Shown in pieces: positions 15,880 to 25,381 of a stretch of 32,000 bases of DNA. The position numbers and the translations under genes were made by a program. The notes beneath the pieces were generated by a model. That model did not search any database. It was given only the letters and a program-made list of their open reading frames with translations, and was not told the origin of the DNA. Location of the stretch: positions 1 through 32,000 of the forward strand of contig CAMMLS010000010.1 in the NCBI GenBank assembly GCA_946497775.1, read 5' to 3'. How positions within the stretch are numbered: the stretch's first letter is position 1; every line of letters begins with the position of its first letter. The stretch is from an uncultured Clostridium sp. Lineage in GTDB: Bacteria > Bacillota > Clostridia > TANB77 > CAG-508.

Positions 15880-17241
15880 ATGAGGAAAAAAAGGACTGCA
15901 TTTAGGAAGTTTGTGTCTTTTTTTATGCTGATTATTTCTATATATTTATTAATACAAGTTTATGGAATATACAAGCAAAAGAATATGAATGATTTTGTTA
16001 GGGCTGAACAAATTTTGTATACCTCGGATTTTTCTAGGGATTTTGATGTATCGCTAGGGGAGGAAGGAAGTTATAGGATTAGGTCTGATAAACCAAATGA
16101 TGCTATGTTTTTTTTGCCTTTGGAAGTTACTCCTAATACGGCTTATAAGGTTAGCTGTATGGTTAAGACTGAAAATGTTGTGCCTTTACATAGCAATTCT
16201 GGGGGAGGCGCTCAGATCAGTATAGAGGGTACTGTTGAAAGATCAAATTTTGTGTCTGGTACACAGGATTGGACAGAACTTACTTTATATTTTAACTCTA
16301 AGAATAGGACAACTGTTAATATAGGTTTTAGACTTGGAGGATATGATGATACTTGTACAGGTACAGCTTGGTTTGATAATTTAAAGCTTGAAAAAGGAAT
16401 TGCAGATAATTCTAATGAATGGAATTTTGTATGTTTTGTTTTTAAGAATGTAAATGTAAATTTGGATAATTTAAGCTATGATATTTCAATGCATTCAGAG
16501 GAGATTGAACAAATTAAGTCTAATATGCTTAGATTTAAAAGGTCATTAGAAGAGTTTTCTGGTGGGAAAATGCAGGTTGATTATGATATTATTGAAATAG
16601 ATGAGCCAATTACGTCACTTTCTTATGATGAAGAAAATGAATATTATGTTAATCCGGAAAATGTTAATAAAATTATAGATTCATATTTAAGTAAAGAAGA
16701 ATATGATCATATTTTTGTTGCTATGAAGTTAGGAGATTTATCTAAAAATATAGAAATCCCAGTTAACGATTGGATTGGACTTGGTGGTATTGAATATAGA
16801 AATGTAGGCTTTTCTAATATAAGGGTTCCAAGTGATGAAGATAGTTATATGTACAGATATGTAAGTGGCGTTAACGAATTCCCAGAGGAAGTGTATATAC
16901 ATGAATTTTTGCATACATTAGAAAAAAATGCAAAAGATTATGGATTTGAAAGACCTGCTCTTCATGATTATGAAAAGTTTGGATACACAAATAAAAGAGT
17001 TGTTGGATTAAAACAATGGTATTTAGATTATATGAACCATAGTATAGAAGATTCCACTGGAAATACATATGGATTAGATAGTGGGATTTATACTAAAAAA
17101 CCAGTTCATGAAAGCGATTTTGCATTTCCAATTGAAATAGATATTGAAAATGAACCACAAAACATAATAGAAGAAATAAGAGGAGTTTTTAAAAATTTAT
17201 TTAAATTATTTGAGAAAGTAAAATTAGAATATACAACATAA
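15880..17241 (+). CDS. membrane-anchored protein with CBM/galactose-binding-like domain and C-terminal HExxH domain (putative metallopeptidase-like), uncharacterised
   Basis: 453 aa with an N-terminal signal-anchor (FVSFFMLIISIYLLIQVYGI). A beta-sandwich-like segment of about 120 aa ends in GTAWFDNLKLEKG, typical of CBM_4_9-like modules. HEFLH is at codons 341-345 (16900..16914). RBS AAGGAG. Confidence 0.6.
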   Translation: MRKKRTAFRKFVSFFMLIISIYLLIQVYGIYKQKNMNDFVRAEQILYTSDFSRDFDVSLGEEGSYRIRSDKPNDAMFFLPLEVTPNTAYKVSCMVKTENVVPLHSNSGGGAQISIEGTVERSNFVSGTQDWTELTLYFNSKNRTTVNIGFRLGGYDDTCTGTAWFDNLKLEKGIADNSNEWNFVCFVFKNVNVNLDNLSYDISMHSEEIEQIKSNMLRFKRSLEEFSGGKMQVDYDIIEIDEPITSLSYDEENEYYVNPENVNKIIDSYLSKEEYDHIFVAMKLGDLSKNIEIPVNDWIGLGGIEYRNVGFSNIRVPSDEDSYMYRYVSGVNEFPEEVYIHEFLHTLEKNAKDYGFERPALHDYEKFGYTNKRVVGLKQWYLDYMNHSIEDSTGNTYGLDSGIYTKKPVHESDFAFPIEIDIENEPQNIIEEIRGVFKNLFKLFEKVKLEYTT

Positions 17242-17253
17242 AGGAGCTAAAAA

Positions 17254-19423
<2,170 letters not shown>

Positions 19424-19434
19424 GAGGATTTTAT

Positions 19435-20907
19435 ATGAATTTAATAGGTCAGGAATATGAAGAGAAAGACGAGAAAGTAAAAAAGATAGTTAAAATATCA
19501 ATAATCGTTGCAGTAATTGCTCTCTTTATAGTATTAGGAGTATATATGTATATATACTATATGGATTCACAAACACTTAAATTGTCGGTGGATAGTCAAA
19601 TTACACCAATGTCAGATGAACTATTTATAATAGACGAAACAGGAAGTATATATGTTTCAATACAGGATTTTTCAAAAATTGTAGGATATGAATTCTATCA
19701 AGGGGAGTATAACAAATTTACAGAAGATTCATCAAAATGTTATATTGCTAATAAAAATGAGGTTGCAGGTTTTGAACTTGGAAGTAATAAAATTTATAAA
19801 TTAGATCCAAATGATGAAGCGGCAAATTATGAATGGTATGATATAAAAGAGCCTGTAAAACTTTTAAATGGAAAATTATATGTTCTATCAGATGGAATAA
19901 AAATAGCTTGTAATGTAAAATTTGATTACAACACAGAAAGAAATAGAATACAAGTAACTACACTTAGCAGATTAGTTTCTTATTATCAAGAAAAGGCTGT
20001 AAATGAATATGGATATTCAGGGATAGATACAACATATGCAAATGAAAAAGCCATTTTATATGATATGCTAGTAATAAGAAAAGCAGAAACAGATGCATCT
20101 GGTAAAGTAATAAAAGATAAATATAAATATGGAGTTGTTACACTTGATAACAAAAATATAATTGGAACAAAATATGATAACATAGAATTTATAGAAGTAA
20201 TGGAAGAGTTTTTTGTAACAAGCTCAGACAAGGTAGGAATTTTATCAAGTGAAGGAGCACAAAAAATAGACTTAAATTATGATGAAATAAAATTACTAGA
20301 TAATGAACTTAGATTATACTATGTTTCTAATAACGACATGAAAGGTGTATTAGATAGAAACGGAAAAAGAATAGTATATATAGAATACAACCAAATAGGA
20401 GTTGACACTACATTATTCCCAAGTAACGATATAACAAACAGTATGTTATTATTTGATAATTGTATACCTGTTATGAAAAATCAAAAATGGGGATTATTTG
20501 ATAAGAATGGAAATCAACTATTAGATACTGTATATGATAGCTTAGGCTATGTTGCAGGAACTAAAAAAGATACAGTAGAAAATAACTTATTATTAATACC
20601 AGAAATAGAAGGAATAGTAGTTTGCCTAGATGGTAAATATGGAATAATAAGTTCAACAGGCTCATTTATAGCCCCATGTTCATTTGATAAGATTTATTCA
20701 ATAACAAACCTAGGAAAAGACACATATTACTTAACATATGGAACACAAACAATTACATTAGAGGAATATCAAGAGTTAAGTGCAGAGCAAAACGGCACAA
20801 CAACACAACCAATACAAAATCAGGTAACAGGAGACCAAAATCAAATAACAGCTGAAAATACAGTAGTGCAAAATAATGTGGATACAAATATTGTTGTAAC
20901 ACAATAG
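19435..20907 (+). CDS. membrane-anchored WG-repeat (KWG/WG_beta_rep-like) protein with stalk-like N-terminal domain
   Basis: 490 aa with an N-terminal TM (IIVAVIALFIVLGVYMYIYY). Repeated motifs are KYGVVTLDNKNIIG, MKGVLDRNGKRIV, KWGLFDKNGNQLL and KYGIISSTGSFIAP. The tail is Q/N/T-rich and low-complexity. RBS AGGAGG lies 11 nt after the tgt stop. Confidence 0.65.
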   Translation: MNLIGQEYEEKDEKVKKIVKISIIVAVIALFIVLGVYMYIYYMDSQTLKLSVDSQITPMSDELFIIDETGSIYVSIQDFSKIVGYEFYQGEYNKFTEDSSKCYIANKNEVAGFELGSNKIYKLDPNDEAANYEWYDIKEPVKLLNGKLYVLSDGIKIACNVKFDYNTERNRIQVTTLSRLVSYYQEKAVNEYGYSGIDTTYANEKAILYDMLVIRKAETDASGKVIKDKYKYGVVTLDNKNIIGTKYDNIEFIEVMEEFFVTSSDKVGILSSEGAQKIDLNYDEIKLLDNELRLYYVSNNDMKGVLDRNGKRIVYIEYNQIGVDTTLFPSNDITNSMLLFDNCIPVMKNQKWGLFDKNGNQLLDTVYDSLGYVAGTKKDTVENNLLLIPEIEGIVVCLDGKYGIISSTGSFIAPCSFDKIYSITNLGKDTYYLTYGTQTITLEEYQELSAEQNGTTTQPIQNQVTGDQNQITAENTVVQNNVDTNIVVTQ

Positions 20908-20939
20908 GAATATTTTGAATAGTTATAAAATAAATAAAG

Positions 20940-20985
20940 ACCTAATAAGCTAGAATTTTACTAGTTTATTAGGTTTTTTTGTTTT
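20940..20985 (+). terminator. intrinsic terminator
   Basis: 14-bp stem ACCTAATAAGCTAG / CTAGTTTATTAGGT (one G-U pair) with a 7-nt loop, followed by TTTTTTTGTTTT. Confidence 0.8.
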
Positions 20986-21094
20986 CATAATTAATTATAC
21001 TCCCAAAATCCGACAAAACTTCTATTTTTTCTTCAAAGGAAATTTTTGGAAATTATTGTATATATAAGTTATACATAAAAAGGAGGCGAATAGT

Positions 21095-21412
21095 TTGAAC
21101 ATAACATACAACAAAGAGGACAAGCTACTAATTATGGAGATTACAGAAGAAATTGATCATCATACAACAGAAAAAATAAGGAGGAGAGCTGATTATGAAA
21201 TTCAGAGATATATGCCTAAAAAGGCTTTATTTGATTTTAATAATGTTTCTTTTATGGATAGTTCAGGAATTGGGATGGTAGTAGGCAGATACAAACTTCT
21301 TGCAATGCTAGGTGGAAGCTTAGAACTAGCTAATGTTAACCCAAGTTTAGAGAGAGTTTTTGAAATGTCAGGAGTATCAAAAATAATACCTATACACAAA
21401 AATGCTATCTAG
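21095..21412 (+). CDS. spoIIAA: anti-sigma-F factor antagonist
   Basis: 105-aa STAS domain with the phosphorylatable Ser context FMDSSGIG. TTG start with RBS AGGAGG. Confidence 0.9.
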   Translation: MNITYNKEDKLLIMEITEEIDHHTTEKIRRRADYEIQRYMPKKALFDFNNVSFMDSSGIGMVVGRYKLLAMLGGSLELANVNPSLERVFEMSGVSKIIPIHKNAI

Positions 21413-21432
21413 GAAAGAAATATTAGAAAGGA

Positions 21433-21912
21433 ATGATAATAAAAATGAGTGATATATATGAAAATGAAATGAAATTGGAGTTTTTAAGTAAATCTAATAA
21501 TGAAGCATTTGCAAGAATAACAGTTGCAGCGTTTGCCTCTCAATTAGATCCGACTATTGAAGAACTAGCAGACATAAAAACAGCAGTTTCAGAAGCTGTT
21601 ACAAATGCAATTATACATGGCTATGAAGATAGAGAAGGAATTGTAAAAATAGAATGTAAAATGTATGCAGGAAGTATTCAAATAGAAATTTCAGATACTG
21701 GTAAGGGGATTGAAAACATAGAAAGAGCAAGAGAGCCACTGTATACTTCTAAACCGAATTTGGAAAGGTCTGGAATGGGATTTACTATTATGGAAAGTTT
21801 TATGGATGAGGTAAAAATAGAGTCTATTATGGGACTTGGAACAAAGGTTACAATGAGAAAATTAATAAAAAAGCCGGACCACTTAGAATTGCAAAGTACA
21901 TATAATGTGTAA
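21433..21912 (+). CDS. spoIIAB: anti-sigma-F factor (serine kinase)
   Basis: HATPase_c motifs ([26 protein letters not shown]). The start is ambiguous: ATG 21433 or ATG 21445 ([13 protein letters not shown], which matches the usual N-terminus better). Confidence 0.9.
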   Translation: MIIKMSDIYENEMKLEFLSKSNNEAFARITVAAFASQLDPTIEELADIKTAVSEAVTNAIIHGYEDREGIVKIECKMYAGSIQIEISDTGKGIENIERAREPLYTSKPNLERSGMGFTIMESFMDEVKIESIMGLGTKVTMRKLIKKPDHLELQSTYNV

Positions 21913-21934
21913 ATTACAAAAGAAGGGAGCTATT

Positions 21935-22651
21935 ATGTATGAAGTTAATAAAGAGGACATTATTGCTGCACAAAATGGAGACCAAAAAGTGATGGAAAAG
22001 ATTTTAAAAGACAATAATGGACTTACTTGGAGCATTGTAAAAAGGTTTTCAGGAAGAGGCTATGAAATGGAAGATTTATATCAAATAGGTTGTATGGGCT
22101 TTATAAAAGCTATAAAAAGATTCGATACAAGTTTTGATGTCAAAATTTCAACATATGCAGTACCATACATATTAGGAGAAATAAAAAGATTTATAAGGGA
22201 TGATGGATTAATAAAAGTCAGCAGAAGCATAAAAGAACTTGGAATTAAAATAAGAGAATTAGAAAAAGAATATATGCAAAAAGAGGGAAAAGAAATAAAT
22301 ATAAATATTCTTGCTGAAAAGCTAAATGTAACAAAAGAAGAAATTGCAGTAGCAATAGATTCGACAAAAGCAATAGAATCTATAAACGAAGAAAACTCAG
22401 ATGATGACACTGTAAGTAAAATGGAAAAAATAAGTACAGGTACAGATGAAGCTACAATGATTGTAAATAAAATATCTATAAAAGAATTAATAGATAATTT
22501 AAATACCAGAGAAAAAGAAATAATTTTACTTAGATACTATAAAGAAAAAACTCAAACAGAAGTTGCACAAATACTGGGTATAACGCAAGTGCAAGTTTCC
22601 AGAATAGAAAAAAGGATATTAGCATCTATGAAAAGTGAGCTTAGTGCATAA
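21935..22651 (+). CDS. sigF: sporulation sigma factor F
   Basis: Sigma-70 regions 2-4 are present (DLYQIGCMGFIKAIKRFD, ILGITQVQVSRIEKRIL), and the gene follows spoIIAA-spoIIAB. The start is placed at ATG 21935 (MYEV...) with RBS GGGAG, not the RBS-less 21905. Confidence 0.9.
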   Translation: MYEVNKEDIIAAQNGDQKVMEKILKDNNGLTWSIVKRFSGRGYEMEDLYQIGCMGFIKAIKRFDTSFDVKISTYAVPYILGEIKRFIRDDGLIKVSRSIKELGIKIRELEKEYMQKEGKEININILAEKLNVTKEEIAVAIDSTKAIESINEENSDDDTVSKMEKISTGTDEATMIVNKISIKELIDNLNTREKEIILLRYYKEKTQTEVAQILGITQVQVSRIEKRILASMKSELSA

Positions 22652-22662
22652 AAGAGGTGTAT

Positions 22663-23667
22663 ATGAAAAAGATAATAATATACATATTGGGAATTATAAT
22701 TATAAGTTTTTTAATTCCTATTTTACTTACAAAGGAAAAAGTAGAACAAGTTTCGACAAGTAATGAAGAATCAGAAAATAATGAGCAGCAATCAGTGCAA
22801 AATAATTATGAGTATTCAGCATATAATACAATTAAATTATTTCATGCTTCAACAAATCAAATAGAAGAAATAAAGTTGGATGATTACTTACTTGGGGTAG
22901 TATCAGCCGAGATGCCTGTGGATTTCGAATTAGAAGCTTTAAAAGCACAATCTGTGGTGGCTAGAACATATACAATATACACAATTGTACATAATAAAGG
23001 AAAACATGGAGATGCAGACATTTGTGATAGCTCAGCCTGTTGCCAAGCTTGGATATCCAAAGAAGATAGACTAAATAGATGGGACGAAGACAAAAGAGAA
23101 TCAAATTGGGATAAGATAACAGAAGCGGTAAATAGTACCGCTGGCAAGATTATTACATATAATGGAGAACCAATAAATGCGTTTTTCCATTCTAATAGCG
23201 GAGGAACAACCGAGATGCCTATAAATGTGTGGGGAGGAAGTGGGTATCCATATTTACAAGTGGTTGAAACTTCTGGGGAAGAAAATTATTCACAATATGC
23301 ATCAGAAGCTGAATTTACAAAAGATGAAATATTAAATAAAATTAAAGAAAAACATAGTGAAATAGAAATAGACTGGAACGCTGAAAAACCATTTGAAATA
23401 ACAGAATATACAGATTCAGGAAGAGTAAGAACTGTAAGATTTGGAAATGTTAATTTATCTGGTGTAGAAGCAAGGAGTATTTTTGGACTTAGATCATCTA
23501 ATTTTTCAGTAGAATTAAATGGTGAAAATATAAAATTTTCGGTAAAGGGATATGGACATGGAGTAGGATTAAGTCAAACGGGTAGTGATAGCTTAGCAAA
23601 ACAAGGAAAAAACTATGAAGAAATAATAAAACATTTTTATCAAGGTGTTGAAATAATAAATTACTAA
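22663..23667 (+). CDS. spoIID: stage II sporulation protein D (lytic transglycosylase)
   Basis: SpoIID/LytB domain motifs AQSVVARTY, FHSNSGGTTE and GHGVGLSQTG, plus an N-terminal TM. ATG 22663 has RBS AAGAGG; an alternative GTG lies at 22657. Confidence 0.9.
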   Translation: MKKIIIYILGIIIISFLIPILLTKEKVEQVSTSNEESENNEQQSVQNNYEYSAYNTIKLFHASTNQIEEIKLDDYLLGVVSAEMPVDFELEALKAQSVVARTYTIYTIVHNKGKHGDADICDSSACCQAWISKEDRLNRWDEDKRESNWDKITEAVNSTAGKIITYNGEPINAFFHSNSGGTTEMPINVWGGSGYPYLQVVETSGEENYSQYASEAEFTKDEILNKIKEKHSEIEIDWNAEKPFEITEYTDSGRVRTVRFGNVNLSGVEARSIFGLRSSNFSVELNGENIKFSVKGYGHGVGLSQTGSDSLAKQGKNYEEIIKHFYQGVEIINY

Positions 23668-23673
23668 ATTTAA

Positions 23674-23701
23674 GTATAAACTCCAAAAAATAGGAAATAA
23701 T
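23674..23701 (+). promoter_or_regulatory. candidate forespore sigma-F-type promoter
   Basis: GTATA (23674..23678), 14-nt spacer, GGAAATAAT (23693..23701). This resembles the GYATA-N15-GGnnAnAnT pattern described for sigma-F promoters, including spoIIQ in Bacillus. It lies about 40 nt upstream of the M23 gene. Confidence 0.35.
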
Positions 23702-23739
23702 TTTAATACATAAGAAAAAATATTTTTTAGGAGGAAATT

Positions 23740-24612
23740 ATGAGAAGAGAATCAAGAAAACAAGAAAGAAGTAGTTTCAAGACCTTAATATATGTATCAG
23801 GAAGTATTGCATTGCTTGTGATTATTGCATTTATAATAGGATTTATAGCATTTAGCAATAAAATAGAAAATGATGCATTGGAAAATGGTTTTAGCACATC
23901 AAAAATTTCAGATTTAGTGCCTAATACTATAAAAAATGAAACAAATACAGAAGAGGCAAGTTCATCTATGGGAAAAACAGTAAATGAGGTTCAAAATAAT
24001 GTTACAAACAATGTGGTAAATAATGAAGAAGAACATGAAACTAAAAGTTATTCCAATACAACATCTACATCAGCTGGTGCAAATACAACTAAAAATGATA
24101 AAGAGACAAATAATGTAGATGAAGAAAAAAACACAGCAGAAACTTCTACAAATGAAGAAAAAACAGAAGAAACAGAAAACAATAGCCAAGAAGAACAAAC
24201 AGAAGATCCAGTATTTGGTGTTCCCGTAGAAGGGGAAATTTTAAGAGAGTTTGCCAAGGATAAATTAGTTTATTCAGAAACTCTTCAAGAATGGGTTGTT
24301 CATAATGGTATAGACATTAAAGCCGACAAAACAACTGTTGTAAAAGCATCTTCTAATGGAAAGGTAAGTTCAATAAAAAATGATCCAAGATATGGACTTA
24401 CAGTTACAATAGAACACAGTAATGGATTTAAAACTGTTTATGCAAATTTATTAACAGCTGAATTTGTAACAGAAGGAGAAGCAGTAGAAGCTGGACAAAC
24501 AATAGGAACCGTTGGAAACACTGCAACATTTGAAATTTTAGATGAAGCACATCTTCATTTTGAAATAATTAAAGATGGAGAATATTTAGATCCAAGTATT
24601 TATATTAAATAA
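23740..24612 (+). CDS. spoIIQ: M23/LytM-domain membrane protein, probable SpoIIQ
   Basis: 290 aa with an N-terminal TM, an N/T/E-rich low-complexity linker, and a C-terminal LytM domain with HNGID and HLHFE motifs. It lies immediately downstream of spoIID, as in several clostridia. The symbol is inferred from context. Confidence 0.65.
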   Translation: MRRESRKQERSSFKTLIYVSGSIALLVIIAFIIGFIAFSNKIENDALENGFSTSKISDLVPNTIKNETNTEEASSSMGKTVNEVQNNVTNNVVNNEEEHETKSYSNTTSTSAGANTTKNDKETNNVDEEKNTAETSTNEEKTEETENNSQEEQTEDPVFGVPVEGEILREFAKDKLVYSETLQEWVVHNGIDIKADKTTVVKASSNGKVSSIKNDPRYGLTVTIEHSNGFKTVYANLLTAEFVTEGEAVEAGQTIGTVGNTATFEILDEAHLHFEIIKDGEYLDPSIYIK

Positions 24613-24633
24613 AAATGTGCAATAAAAATATAA

Positions 24634-24697
24634 AGTACACCAAAAATGTTAGAAAATGTATTAAAATAAAAATTTAACATTTTAAGGTGTATTTTTT
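24634..24697 (+). terminator. compound hairpin terminator after the M23 gene
   Basis: An outer 8-bp stem (AGTACACC / GGTGTATT, one G-U pair) encloses an inner 9-bp stem (AAAATGTTA / TAACATTTT). TTTTTT follows. Confidence 0.5.
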
Positions 24698-24726
24698 ATG
24701 AGTAAATATATAAAAAATAATATACA

Positions 24727-24766
24727 AAAAAGTGAACTGCTTTTGAAAAATAACAGTTCACTTTTT
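24727..24766. terminator. bidirectional intrinsic terminator (serves the minus-strand 24773 gene)
   Basis: 13-bp stem AAAAAGTGAACTG / CAGTTCACTTTTT with a 14-nt loop and T-runs on both strands. Confidence 0.7.
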
Positions 24767-24772
24767 ATGAAT

Positions 24773-25204
24773 TTATAAATATGTTTTTAGTTTTTCTATA
24801 TTATTTTCTTGAAGTTTAACAAATTCGTTTAAAATATCTTTAACGTCTGTTTCTGCATCTGGGTTTTGATTTAGTAATTTTCTGCCTTCTATTATACCCA
24901 TTGTATTTCCTCTAATTAACATTTGAGAAATTTGAGAGTTACTTTTATCCATAAGTGTATTCAGTTGAAGAGTAGCCCATCCCATAACTTTTTCGCCTAC
25001 ATTTGTGTCTGTTGGAGTTACATCTGAAACAGATAGCCTATTATTTATTTTGTCTAATACTTTTCCATATTCATTGTATTGCATATTTAGGTCATCTCTA
25101 AAATTTCTGTCACCTACTTTGGACTGTATAACAGAAATTGACTCCATCCCCATTACTAAGCCTTTATGAACTTCATCTAATATCTTTGCATTTTTTGTAT
25201 CCAA
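24773..25204 (-). CDS. small all-helical protein, possibly DUF2383/PA2169-like four-helix bundle
   Basis: 143-aa ORF with RBS AAGGAGG. The sequence pattern (..MGWATLQLNTLMDKSNSQISQMLIRGNTMGIIEGRKLL..) loosely resembles ferritin-like four-helix-bundle families. The family assignment is tentative. Confidence 0.5.
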   Translation of the reverse strand: MDTKNAKILDEVHKGLVMGMESISVIQSKVGDRNFRDDLNMQYNEYGKVLDKINNRLSVSDVTPTDTNVGEKVMGWATLQLNTLMDKSNSQISQMLIRGNTMGIIEGRKLLNQNPDAETDVKDILNEFVKLQENNIEKLKTYL

Positions 25205-25325
25205 AATAAAACCTCCTTATTATTTTTTCTATTCATATTGTGTACGAAATCTCATAAAATAATGCAGACTTCGAGTATGTTTTTTAGAAACATTCTATAA
25301 TAGAACTTTATTACAACAAAAATTA

Positions 25326-25354
25326 TTGTAAAAACTTGCTACATAATATATAAT
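25326..25354 (+). promoter_or_regulatory. putative sigma-A promoter of addA
   Basis: TTGTAA (25326..25331), 17-nt spacer, TATAAT (25349..25354). Confidence 0.5.
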
Positions 25355-25381
25355 AATAAAAAAATAAGGAGCAATTAAAAA

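Noticed and set aside
21005-21060. Spo0A box (TCCGACA, 21009..21015) and sigma-H -35-like AGGAAAT (21037..21043) upstream of spoIIAA
   Set aside because: A sigma-H/Spo0A promoter is expected here, but I could not find a correctly spaced GAAT-type -10 element, and the 0A box has a mismatch. It is not supportable as a feature without a matrix scan or transcription-start data.
24698-24778. 26-aa ORF (MSKYIKNNIQKSELLLKNNSSLFMNL) between the M23 gene and the 24773 gene
   Set aside because: It starts inside the T-run of one terminator, runs through the stem of the next, and overlaps the stop of the convergent gene. The apparent RBS (AAGGTG) is part of a hairpin arm.
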